Below, piece by piece: positions 14,901 to 23,866 of a DNA stretch of 64,000 bases (the first letter of the stretch is position 1; the number at the start of each line of letters is the position of its first letter). The stretch comes from Paraphysomonas bandaiensis (Eukaryota > Protista > Chrysophyceae): NCBI GenBank assembly GCA_965644295.1, contig CBFFRP010000374.1:43851-107850 (forward strand), in the 5' to 3' direction. Below the pieces are notes generated by a model. The model had not been told where the DNA came from. It was given only the letters and a program-made list of their open reading frames with translations, and searched no databases. The position numbers were made by a program, and so were the translations under genes.

Positions 14901-15754
14901 GTCAAACTGGGTTTCAACAGAAAGTGATAGTGCCTCTGTCCATGGACTCTGACGCCACAATACCAGAATTTGTGTTCAAAGAATACGAAGACAACTACAA
15001 CCAGACGCTGTCTGGTGTTTTAAATAGGTTGACACTCCTTCGTGACCAAGGGGCAATATCATCGACGGAGGGTGTTTTATCTCCTGCCGAGTTGTTGGCA
15101 GCTTTTGATATTTCAACGTTGCTGCTTTGGTATCCTGCTTGCAAGTATGTCACTGGGTATATAAACTCTCAAAATAAAGCTTTTAAAGGATTTTATCCCA
15201 AAGAAGCTCTGCCTAAATCCGTGTGCAATTACTTGCTTCCTCGTGCTTTGGCCGCGAAGTCCGTTGTCACAGATATTCGACTTGCGCAACCTCTTTTGTC
15301 CTTACTGAATGTGATTGGGGAATCACTTTCGAACATCGACCTAATTTACGATGCTTCTGAGTCATCTCTTTTATTAACTCAAGGGAAGGTGACTGAGACA
15401 ACACCACCACCGATTCCGGAGGCACTTGCGAATGCCTATCTGGAGCAAGGGGATTATGAAATGGCCTTCACATGGTACGAGAAGGCACTCGATGCTATTC
15501 GTACCTGTGTCCGTCGGGAGAAGGTGGATGCTATTGTGTTAAACGCATGTCTTGTGGCTGCTAAATATGGAAAAGTAGATACCGCCCTACGTTGGGCTTT
15601 TACAACAAGTCCGCTATTTGTTAACATACCCTCAGGATTGGGTATAGCGGGACCTGGTCGCTCTATACTACTTCAACAGATGAATGCGTGGATTACGGAG
15701 CTTGGGTTTGCCTCTATTAAAGAGGCGGAGGCTCATTTAATGTACGCCAATTAA
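11927..15754 (+). CDS. 1275-aa protein: 3 SKICH/Ig-like repeats, SIR2-like (SIR2_2, NADase-type) domain, alpha-helical region with C-terminal TPR-like motif
   Basis: Single long ORF; SIR2 motifs VIYAGAGCS..P.W, IFTTNFD..IE.AL, LKIHGT, VLFIGYSGWD; TPR-like EALANAYLEQGDYEMAFTWYEKALD. Confidence 0.88.
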   Translation: MEGNTLDPVLDMSDSCVSASHSPHNMCFKVKWSLSHSHQDLITTYDKISIHPPTTTPSSSLIYQYNRQNLLNDSCIITYDSLCDIEMGVAYTVCYTSAPSGHILAQATVTTISYEQEIQNLPGRLQVEYDSKDNHVLIYFDLSAVPNFSPSSSDSLHICREKDSSFHFQARISATGEVKGKTYFHVNTELKNGVNYNVRYLFDDNNIVGVSNVFQCSGLFCHSSCEECILTANFDPETCSVDATWEFPQPTSITVSNTQFLYLYRTEETSVDVDLQQYHYISIQTSGKYKGSVRIAVQGAVSNNETYTLRYVDTTSWTSYGSVTFTARDVSTSHSDVSQLSAAMVYNSGAFMRYMTQEAEEINDAPYNPILSVDVDKDYSVAQFLEEYHAASLPNSSEKFTEGFAPLSAEDLQQSLYIHLDKSPGVIYAGAGCSMDAPSCSPSWWRLMAELVRAVFSTAPEEHRPRQYTESDVSRQPEEIMESFYYILGEKLLTLFRALEYGRPNANHVAMAKLAKAGKIKAIFTTNFDLFIERALKEESVDFKAVVTNEEFEEYLYMLKSGTAPVAVLKIHGTVDRPETIVAVASHYKMDKGFSGTKAEVLLDLVQQFPVLFIGYSGWDFVHKNYQDFWSRVQTNGCRGLFWLKLLGFSGGPDLGRVVGRHVGTKLHIGAGRLPDFYKDILNRYVEDTESCFLGKAARVDATLELNTVNALRFEFMLQWVQNIHPTTLLSLVMIEGHRLNEIMQKSAERLKRHAGSQEVAESTSDMMAVYMQLALDLQSGIITEEEYNDRVNVQTMKTTFQYVALDKEKKEQVMLLCSRACRSHSLLKDNSTNQSMLGSLIMSISHSLPETASPQEYIDTALRFLQKVERYKSSPAARDKIVADTLLYCSSMLAGSVDNQQNVDSWIIQLADKAILEEWTDDKLSTERANLCSRITQLTSGTLDIEGILDTQMQLSLKIPESELNILLESCTAIALGLISQSEQRGLGFMSQTGFQQKVIVPLSMDSDATIPEFVFKEYEDNYNQTLSGVLNRLTLLRDQGAISSTEGVLSPAELLAAFDISTLLLWYPACKYVTGYINSQNKAFKGFYPKEALPKSVCNYLLPRALAAKSVVTDIRLAQPLLSLLNVIGESLSNIDLIYDASESSLLLTQGKVTETTPPPIPEALANAYLEQGDYEMAFTWYEKALDAIRTCVRREKVDAIVLNACLVAAKYGKVDTALRWAFTTSPLFVNIPSGLGIAGPGRSILLQQMNAWITELGFASIKEAEAHLMYAN

Positions 15755-16236
15755 ATGAGTTATTATTATTATTAGTATTATATTACATATTACTTAACTA
15801 TTAGACCGAACCCTCTTTAGGCAAATATGCTTCATCTTTTCACTCTTTAGTACGTTTAATTTGAAAAATCAATGTGTTACATATTTTATAAGAATGTATA
15901 GGAGAGCGACCCATACTTTTTTTCTAACAAGTAAGCTAACTCTGATCTTAGTTGCAAAGTACTTTGTACACTATGAGCACATATATTCTTGTTAATGATA
16001 TACAAATTAGTGACAAAACCCGATTTCTTTCTGAATTCACTTAGGACAAGCACAGAATTAGGATTCAACTTTATATAAGATATTGTGTATAATAGTATTA
16101 TATACTATGTAAAATGTGAAAGAAAAATTGTTGAGGTATCAGAATTAATTACATGAAAGAATGATCATACCAATACTCTGCCAGTTAACTGTACCCATGT
16201 TACTCTCCAGAAATAAAATTTCTGACTATAAGTCGA

Positions 16237-16529
16237 TAACAGAAGTTGACATTATTTGCTAAGGTTTTCTATTCTCAACTGATAAGATGAAATTATAAAC
16301 ATTACATGATAAAGAACCTAAGTTGTGTTCGATGTGTTCAACACCATTCATTTACTACTATAGTGTACAAACCACCCACTCAGTGATCGTATCCTGTATA
16401 GTCATCCACTTCTACTTCAGTTTCATACTACATAATATAATGTACTAATTACATATATATCTTTCGATCCTTGCATCTCACATAATACTGCACTCAATTG
16501 CAAGTATATAGAATCTTCAGATCTCAACA
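16237..16529 (-). repeat. 3' LTR of the copia element
   Basis: Identical by eye to 21237-21529; preceded on the minus strand by PPT TTGAGGGGGAG (16530-16540). Confidence 0.95.
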
Positions 16530-16654
16530 CTCCCCCTCAATTGAGTGTTGTACTTATGACGCCTCCCAGCTATTGAATGCCTGAGATAAAAAAATTCTTG
16601 ACAGTAAAATAGACTCATCTCTAAGTCTAAACCTCTGTCTAAAAAACTCAGTAC

Positions 16655-19048
16655 CTACTTGCGCCTTCTTTTATCCCTTGGTCCCTCATTGATCACTTCA
16701 GTGGAACTCTTAACTTTCTCTCCAAGATTTCTCTTTCTCTGCTCCATATATGATAAACCAACCAATGACTTTGTATAAATATCTGCTGCTTGTTGCGATG
16801 TATGCACATGCACTAACTTAATCGTATTGAACTGATTGGGATCCACGTGCTCTCTCACCATGTGATACTTAATCTCAATGTGCTTCGACTTCTTGTGAAA
16901 CACTGGGTTTTCGGCCAAATCCTGGGCACTCTGACTGTCGATGAAGAATGGTGTGGGTTTGATGAGCCTCAACTTAATCTCACCCGTCACCCCCCGAACC
17001 CATAGCACTTCTTGGAGACCCGAGTAAATACACTGATACTCAGACTGCATGCTTGACGTTGCCACTGTCGTCTGCAGTTTGGACTGCCAGACTATAGGCC
17101 CTCCCGCTGCAAACCCAACGTACCCCGACGTGGACTTCCTGGAGAGCTGATCTCCCGCCCAATCCGCGTCAGTAAACATATGGAAGTCGAACCGTCTACT
17201 CCCATATTGAATCCCTTTGTCAATAGAACCACGAATATATTGCCATACATGTGTTAATAGCTTGCATACTTCAATATTCACCTTATTACTGAACCGAGAC
17301 AGTACTCCCACTGCATAGGCTATATCCGGCCTCGTGTTCATCGATAGATATAGTAATGCACCTATCAGCGGCCGATATGGGAAGTTATCTACTATAAGCT
17401 GTTCCTCCTCGGTATGCTCATGCCGCGCCCCTTTTGCCACTAGATCCATTGCTTCCGCCGGTAGAGGACTCTTCCGTACCTTTCGCGGTGACCCAAGATA
17501 CTTTTCAAACTTTTCTAAGATCTTAGCCGCATATACTGATTGGTCAAGACGAATATACTCTGGCGTTCTTGTGACTCGAACATTCAGAAAATGTTCCATC
17601 TCGCCCATATCCTTCATATCAAACCGGGCACACAGTTGAGCTTTAATATCCTTCACTATGTTGACATCACGACCTAACACTAGGATATCATCCACATATA
17701 TCGTTAATAATATCAATTCATCGCCCTTATACTGATAATACAAACACGGGTCTAATACACATGGTTTAAAATGCATAGATCGTATGAATTTATCCAATGT
17801 TTTCCACCACGACCGCGGGGAACTCCGAAGCCCGTATAACGACTTCTTCAACTTAAAGCAGTACCCCTCAGGCAGCTGAAAGTCCGGAGTTGCCTTCATA
17901 TATACATCCCCCTCTATATCTGCATATAGAAATGCGTTAGACACATCCAGTTGATGAATTACCATGTTCATCACGAAAGCTATGGCGATTAACAGTCGCA
18001 CTGTTACCCCCTTAACAACGGGTGCGAAATGGTTCGCCCAACCACTCGACTGCTGTCCACAACCGATTGCTACAAGACGAGCCTTATATCGGCGGACCTC
18101 TCCCTCCTTATCGTACTTCTTTCCATAGACGTACTTGGAGTGCAGTGGGACGACTCCGTCCGGTATACGAGTCACCTCCATGGTATCTCGCTTCGCCAAA
18201 CCCTCTCGCTCTACACGGCGAGCTCGTCTCCACTCCCTGTGCTCGGCACTCTCCAAGGACTCACGATGTGTCTGAGGCACTGTCGACTCTTCCGCTGACA
18301 TCCACACTGAGTCTGCCTCCTGTAAAAGGTCACTCACATCACTCTCATCACTCAAATGATGGATTTGTCCTAACACCGACACATTCGTTACCGTCCTTGG
18401 AGTTCTTGCGCGTTTGCCGTGCGGATGATTCTCGGCAGGGGTCCCTTCCCCCGAAGGTAATGCTGAGTCAGCCTGGGGCTGCACCTGCCCACTTTCCGAC
18501 TGCTGTGGCACCACTCCGCTGATACCGCCGTCACGGTTGTCAGTAACTCTGGCCCTAACCACCCTCTGCGCAAGATCCTCTGTCATCTTCTTGATGTCAG
18601 CAATATGAATAGGAGTTTTATCCTCCACTTGAACCTGGTTACCAGTAACCAACGACCGGTATCCCACAATAAGTCCCTTCCTTATCACCACTCTGTTAGT
18701 CTTGTATAGCAGACCACCATCCTCATGGTGCTTTCCGATAAGATACTCAAACTCACCCGGTTGACGAGCCTCGGGATCTATAGCCACTTGAGCCTCCTCC
18801 AGCTCTCTATAATAATCCTGAGACCTCTCAGGTACCGATTCATCAAATAATACATGTACAGAGTGTACTACGGTGTCCCCCACTAGCACCTTGTATCCTT
18901 TTCGATCAGCTGGATACCCTATGAAATAACCTGTCATTGCTTTGTCCTCCCAGTCCTTCCTCCTGTCGGCCTTGGGTGTTAGCACATATGCTTTGCACCC
19001 CCATTTCCGTAGCCACGATAGGCTGGGAACGCTCCCCCTGGGACACAC
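16655..19048 (-). CDS. pol: Copia pol, C-terminal part (integrase C-terminus, reverse transcriptase, RNase H)
   Basis: WGCKAYV; YKARLVA.G; QLDVSNAFL; LKKSLYGL; YVDD; TRPDIAYAV; FTDADWA; KHIEIKYH. Confidence 0.95.
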   Translation of the reverse strand: MCPRGSVPSLSWLRKWGCKAYVLTPKADRRKDWEDKAMTGYFIGYPADRKGYKVLVGDTVVHSVHVLFDESVPERSQDYYRELEEAQVAIDPEARQPGEFEYLIGKHHEDGGLLYKTNRVVIRKGLIVGYRSLVTGNQVQVEDKTPIHIADIKKMTEDLAQRVVRARVTDNRDGGISGVVPQQSESGQVQPQADSALPSGEGTPAENHPHGKRARTPRTVTNVSVLGQIHHLSDESDVSDLLQEADSVWMSAEESTVPQTHRESLESAEHREWRRARRVEREGLAKRDTMEVTRIPDGVVPLHSKYVYGKKYDKEGEVRRYKARLVAIGCGQQSSGWANHFAPVVKGVTVRLLIAIAFVMNMVIHQLDVSNAFLYADIEGDVYMKATPDFQLPEGYCFKLKKSLYGLRSSPRSWWKTLDKFIRSMHFKPCVLDPCLYYQYKGDELILLTIYVDDILVLGRDVNIVKDIKAQLCARFDMKDMGEMEHFLNVRVTRTPEYIRLDQSVYAAKILEKFEKYLGSPRKVRKSPLPAEAMDLVAKGARHEHTEEEQLIVDNFPYRPLIGALLYLSMNTRPDIAYAVGVLSRFSNKVNIEVCKLLTHVWQYIRGSIDKGIQYGSRRFDFHMFTDADWAGDQLSRKSTSGYVGFAAGGPIVWQSKLQTTVATSSMQSEYQCIYSGLQEVLWVRGVTGEIKLRLIKPTPFFIDSQSAQDLAENPVFHKKSKHIEIKYHMVREHVDPNQFNTIKLVHVHTSQQAADIYTKSLVGLSYMEQRKRNLGEKVKSSTEVINEGPRDKRRRK

Positions 19049-21252
19049 TCATATGGAGACATCCATCCTTGCCACGTCCGAGTTGGCATTCGTCGCACAA
19101 TGTAACATGCAGTTTGATAAGCATCAAACCAGAACGACTTTGGAAGTCCAGATGCCGTCAACATCGTCAGTGTCATCTCCCCAATTGTTCGGAATTTCCT
19201 CTCAGACACCGCGTTGAGCTCTGGCGTGTCTCGTGTTGTATGTGACACCCGAGTCCCATATCGCTGCAACAGATACTCTCTTATCTGCTGACTAATAAGT
19301 TCGGATCCTCCATCGGCATGATACTCCACTATACGGTTCCACCCCTCGTACTTCACTAAGTGGACCTCGCACAAGTGTCGTAGACATTTGAACACCTCCT
19401 CTCCGCTTCGAGTCCTCAATCCATATTCCCATATCATCTTTGTTGCTAAGTCCGTAAATAGGAGCACGTACTTATACCCTTGTCTGGATTCACAATTGAG
19501 ATAGACGGAGATGTCCGCTGTTACTCTTTCCAGGAACCTGACTGCGCTTAGCTCTTCGTTGTCCCGTGATTTGAACGAATGCCTGGTTATCTTCGCCTTG
19601 GCACACCATTTACACAGGGGTTTCTTGCAACTCTTCTCCTTTGCCTTCGAAAGGTGATGTCGTTGTAGTCCTGATCCTCTGAATAACATGTGTCGGTGAG
19701 CTTCTATTAACTTCGATTTCGAGACATGTCCAGTACGCTCATGTAAGCGATCCAACGCATCTTGTCCTGTATTATCCGACAAATTTACCTCCTCTATCTG
19801 ATTGCACATAGACACATTTGGCAGATTTAACACCTCCATCAAGTCCACATACGGCATCCCTCCATGCTCATCGTACTCTCCAGTCAACACCTCGTTTCCA
19901 GAGTCCAATTCCACGATTTTAGGCTTTCGAAGCAGTTGTAATCCGTATCCCATTGATCTCAGCATCCCTCCTGACACAATGTTCTTCACCGCTTCTTCAC
20001 TAACTCTGATGTCTCTCCATTCCCCGAATGTACCAGTTCCCTGTGTCTCCAATTGAGAACCCTTTCTAGTTAGTTGGATTGCCCCAAACTCAGGAGTAAA
20101 TGACTCCAGTGCAATTTTATCCTTTACTATAAACAGTCTTTTACTTGCACAACTGTCCAGATATACACGAGGTTCTTCCGACGTATCCACCGATAGCAAA
20201 ACCTCTTCTCCAAACAAATTCGCTTCATCATCCGACGACTCTCCGTCGTTGACGTATTTCTTCCATTCTGTCTCGAATTTCCTGTTCGATTTTCGAGGAT
20301 TCTCATTATCCGGGTTTTTTATGTTCTTCCGTTTTTTCGACTTGCACTGTCGGGCTTTGTGACTAAAATCTCCACAGATATGACAACCAGTATAATCCTT
20401 TGATCCTGGCTGCTGCACACTCTTCGAAGCCTTTTCCTTTGTCTTCCCTTTTCTTTTGAACTTGTCCATTTTTCTTTGTCGTTCCTTAGCATAACAATTC
20501 GCTGCTACATGTCCCTTCTTCCGACAAAATGAACAAACCACTGGCTCCTTCGACGCCGTAAAATTGATCTCTTCAGATTTGTCTCCCTTTAGTTTCTTCA
20601 GCTGCGTCATAGCCTCGTCATACTCTTCACAAGCCTCTTTCACCGAATCAAATGTAGTTGTTGCTTTAGGCATCATCGCTACCGACATCCATAAATCATG
20701 TAATTCCTCTATCTGCAGCGCTGCTTTTATCTTTGCTAATTTACTTGCCTCTGTCTGCGGTTGTCCCAATTTTATGAGCTTCTGGATTATACCGTTCAGT
20801 CGATCTACCCCAACAGACACCTTTTCCCCCGGCCTTATTTTGAACGAATGGTATTCTGCCGTAGTCTTCTCCAATACAGTCCCAATCTCGCCTCTGAACC
20901 TATCAACCAGTGTCTGAAGGAGCTCACTGGATAACACCTCCTTAGCAGGATCATCAGCAGGTAAAATTGCCTTCCCCTCCAAATATTGATTGGCTACCTC
21001 CAACACATCAGGGTCATGCTCGCAAGCCTCCCAAATAGTACTAACACAGGTATCATTACGCTCTCTCCATGACTCTAAATTCCTTCCTCCGGCTGGCGGG
21101 TCCTCCAAGCCAAGATGGTTTCGGTTTTTCTTCATTAGATGCATCTTGATTTTTCTCGCTGAATAGTCTGATTGGTTCTTGTCAAACCGTAGCTTCTTGT
21201 CATCTTCCCCATCCCTACAACTATCACTCGCTACCATAACAGAAGTTGACAT
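18979..21252 (-). CDS. gag: Copia gag-protease-integrase, N-terminal part; frameshift to the pol frame near 19034-19038
   Basis: Two CCHC knuckles (CSFCRKKGHVAANC, CHICGDFSHKARQC); protease YLDSCAS; HHCC (LHERTGH...CKWC); integrase D (TAD), D (HADGG), E (VSERK). Confidence 0.95.
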   Translation of the reverse strand: MSTSVMVASDSCRDGEDDKKLRFDKNQSDYSARKIKMHLMKKNRNHLGLEDPPAGGRNLESWRERNDTCVSTIWEACEHDPDVLEVANQYLEGKAILPADDPAKEVLSSELLQTLVDRFRGEIGTVLEKTTAEYHSFKIRPGEKVSVGVDRLNGIIQKLIKLGQPQTEASKLAKIKAALQIEELHDLWMSVAMMPKATTTFDSVKEACEEYDEAMTQLKKLKGDKSEEINFTASKEPVVCSFCRKKGHVAANCYAKERQRKMDKFKRKGKTKEKASKSVQQPGSKDYTGCHICGDFSHKARQCKSKKRKNIKNPDNENPRKSNRKFETEWKKYVNDGESSDDEANLFGEEVLLSVDTSEEPRVYLDSCASKRLFIVKDKIALESFTPEFGAIQLTRKGSQLETQGTGTFGEWRDIRVSEEAVKNIVSGGMLRSMGYGLQLLRKPKIVELDSGNEVLTGEYDEHGGMPYVDLMEVLNLPNVSMCNQIEEVNLSDNTGQDALDRLHERTGHVSKSKLIEAHRHMLFRGSGLQRHHLSKAKEKSCKKPLCKWCAKAKITRHSFKSRDNEELSAVRFLERVTADISVYLNCESRQGYKYVLLFTDLATKMIWEYGLRTRSGEEVFKCLRHLCEVHLVKYEGWNRIVEYHADGGSELISQQIREYLLQRYGTRVSHTTRDTPELNAVSERKFRTIGEMTLTMLTASGLPKSFWFDAYQTACYIVRRMPTRTWQGWMSPYECVPGGAFPAYRGYGNGGAKHMC
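21225..21236 (-). other. Primer binding site TGGTAGCGAGTG, probably for initiator tRNA-Met
   Basis: Abuts the 5' LTR; complementary to a tRNA 3' end ...CACUCGCUACCA, resembling the yeast Ty1 PBS TGGTAGCGCC. Confidence 0.8.
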
Positions 21253-21529
21253 TATTTGCTAAGGTTTTCTATTCTCAACTGATAAGATGAAATTATAAAC
21301 ATTACATGATAAAGAACCTAAGTTGTGTTCGATGTGTTCAACACCATTCATTTACTACTATAGTGTACAAACCACCCACTCAGTGATCGTATCCTGTATA
21401 GTCATCCACTTCTACTTCAGTTTCATACTACATAATATAATGTACTAATTACATATATATCTTTCGATCCTTGCATCTCACATAATACTGCACTCAATTG
21501 CAAGTATATAGAATCTTCAGATCTCAACA
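21237..21529 (-). repeat. 5' LTR of the copia element (TG...TA termini)
   Basis: Identical by eye to 16237-16529. Confidence 0.95.
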
Positions 21530-21899
21530 GTCGATGGTAGGTAAAAACCTGGTCAAGTACTTTGACCAGGTGATGTGTACTATATATATAGGGTATATTT
21601 GAGAAAGTCTGGTATACTAGCAAATAACACGATAATTGGACTAATTCTAAACATTTATTATATTATAATAAGATTATGTCACTACGAAATCGTTACATCA
21701 CTACTACTACTTACTGATTGCCACTACCAAACATTGACTGTCTCAAAATTCAGGCATTGCATGGAACAGACGAAGGAGTGAAACAACGATTTCTGAAGCC
21801 ATGCAAAGGTACGTCGCATGTTATAGTTATTAGTGTTAATTAACTTTTTTGTAATCTAGAAACTGTCAGAACAACTTCAAAGAATACACGACGACCTAC

Positions 21900-22135
21900 T
21901 TATGAAATGGTTATTGTCAGTGAGAGTGAGAAATGGAAAGATACAGGGGCATTAGATGGTAGTAATGTGATCGTTGGGAAAAGAAAGCGAAGGTAGTGAT
22001 AATTGTTTATATATTATGAAATGGTTATTGTCAGTGAGAGTGAGAAATTGAGAGATACAGGAACATTATATATGGTATTTTAATGTTGTTATCAGTGGGA
22101 AAAGAAATCGAAGGTAGTGATAATTGTTATATTAT
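21900..22135 (+). repeat. Imperfect ~115-bp tandem duplication inside the TIR element
   Basis: TTATGAAATGGTTATTGTCAGTGAGAGTGAGAAAT...GAAGGTAGTGATAATTGTT occurs at ~21900 and ~22014. Confidence 0.85.
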
Positions 22136-23866
22136 GTTATATATATATTATTATAAAAAGCAATAATGATTATTGATTATAAGTAGTTACGTAACTACAC
22201 TTATAGTACTCAGAAATACGGCCAGAATAAAATATCCTTTTAAAATATAATGCAACACAGTAACACAAAGCGATTCCAAGACGATATGCACTCATCACAA
22301 CACGTTCTCCATGTTCGTTTTACATATTCGTACACAAAAGTAGTAGTTTGACCAGATTCTAGTACTTAGACCAGGTTTTTACTTACCATCGACTTTATAT
22401 AATAAGAAAGTATGATTTATGTATTACATGAGAACGGTTGTGTACAGAAACTAGTTTTACATCTATAGACTGACTAAAAACCGGACTTGCTATAGACTAC
22501 TAGTGGCGGGCAACCGTCTCGGGACTGCTTGTGCATCGCTGCGAGCACCATGGTGCAGGTTAGTCGGGGGGCCTGCCTTTGGGCAATGTGTCTGGCAGGC
22601 CTGTGCCATGGGTTATGTGAGGAATGGATGGGGCGAGATGTATATGAGTGTGTAAGTCGGTGGTGGAGATGTTGTGGTTTTCGAGGTGGGGTTTCGGCCA
22701 CAAGTAAGGAGGAGTTGTTTCCGGAGTGGTTGCGCTTGCCTCTGTCGGGATCGGACTCTTACAGAGGATGGAATTCTTGGGGTGGATGTCGCCTGGAGTA
22801 GCGGGTGTATTTTTGGTGTCGGGTGAGTATCCTGGGACTGACGTTGTGAGTGTATCAGTGTCGTAACCGGTGTTACTGGTGTCGTGTCTGCGTTGTGGTG
22901 TCTGACTATCCTTTAGCTTGTTGGTCATATCTACGGCACATTATTACCACTTTATCTGGGTACTAATTTGTGTACAATTACTCCTAATCCTCACGAGTTT
23001 AGAGGGCCATCTGTATTTTTTTTTCTTTCCTTCTTCGTAGGGGACTCAACTAATTCTACAATCCTTGTGTAACAATACAGTTTAGGTTCACCAATTTGTA
23101 TTAGGTTTCCCATCAAAACTGCTCTACTTCCTAGTAGCTCTTTTGCAGAGTCATCATATATGAAGAAATCCTTCTTCTTGAATTACTGATCCACTATCTC
23201 CAGGGCTTCTAAACACAATATATAGCTACTAGAACTTCGAAACTGAAGTATTGTATCATGACGATTCAAGATACGGAATTTGAGCAATGGTTGACATGAA
23301 CGAAATATATTATCATGTTGTTGACATGTTATACATGACAACACACACTACTGTGTATAAAATAAAAGAGTCTATCTAGTTTGATTGCAATAAACTTCTC
23401 TTAGCGATCTTACTTGTGAAAATGACCAATAGTCAATATAGTTTCAGGAACATTAGTTCATATAATGCTGTTTCCAACTACTGTATTCTTCAAGAAGCGG
23501 TCATATTTAATTACCTTAGAATACAGCTTTTAATTGCTTACAAACAAGCAAAACTAACAAACTTCCAAGTAATCTACTAGACAACTATACCTAATAACTA
23601 CATATTGCAGAATACAACCATAATATAGTGCCGCATTTCGTGCGGAACTCTGATTACAGTCACGGGTCCCTTCTACACGGAGGTCTATGATCAACCGCGA
23701 GCACAATATAAAAGTACAAACTATGTGATACATAGGCAACAAAACCTGTATAACAGTAATATCTACACCACAAGAGAATTTAAACGCAGCCTAGTTTTCA
23801 CTTTTTTGATGAGGCAAACAACTTCAGTTTGCCCATTGCAAGAATAACAGACACTAGCCTGTCATA

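Larger units (their letters stand above)
16237..21529 (-). mobile_element. Full-length Ty1/copia LTR retrotransposon (5293 bp) with 5-bp TSD GTCGA
   Basis: Two 293-bp LTRs; TSD at 16232-16236 and 21530-21534; PBS and PPT; gag-PR-IN-RT-RNaseH order. Confidence 0.97.
16231..22395. mobile_element. Tc1/mariner-like non-autonomous TIR element (~870 bp; body 21530-22395) whose left TIR is split by the copia insertion
   Basis: Removing the copia gives AGTCGATGGTAGGTAAAAACCTGGTC, which matches the reverse complement of 22368-22395 (AAGTCGATGGTAAGTAAAAACCTGGTC); TA on both flanks. Confidence 0.75.

Noticed and set aside
22470-22930. GC-rich island with overlapping short Pro/Thr-rich ORFs (similar island at 31590-31800)
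   Set aside because: No domain or element ends recognisable; probably a retroelement scrap but unsupported.
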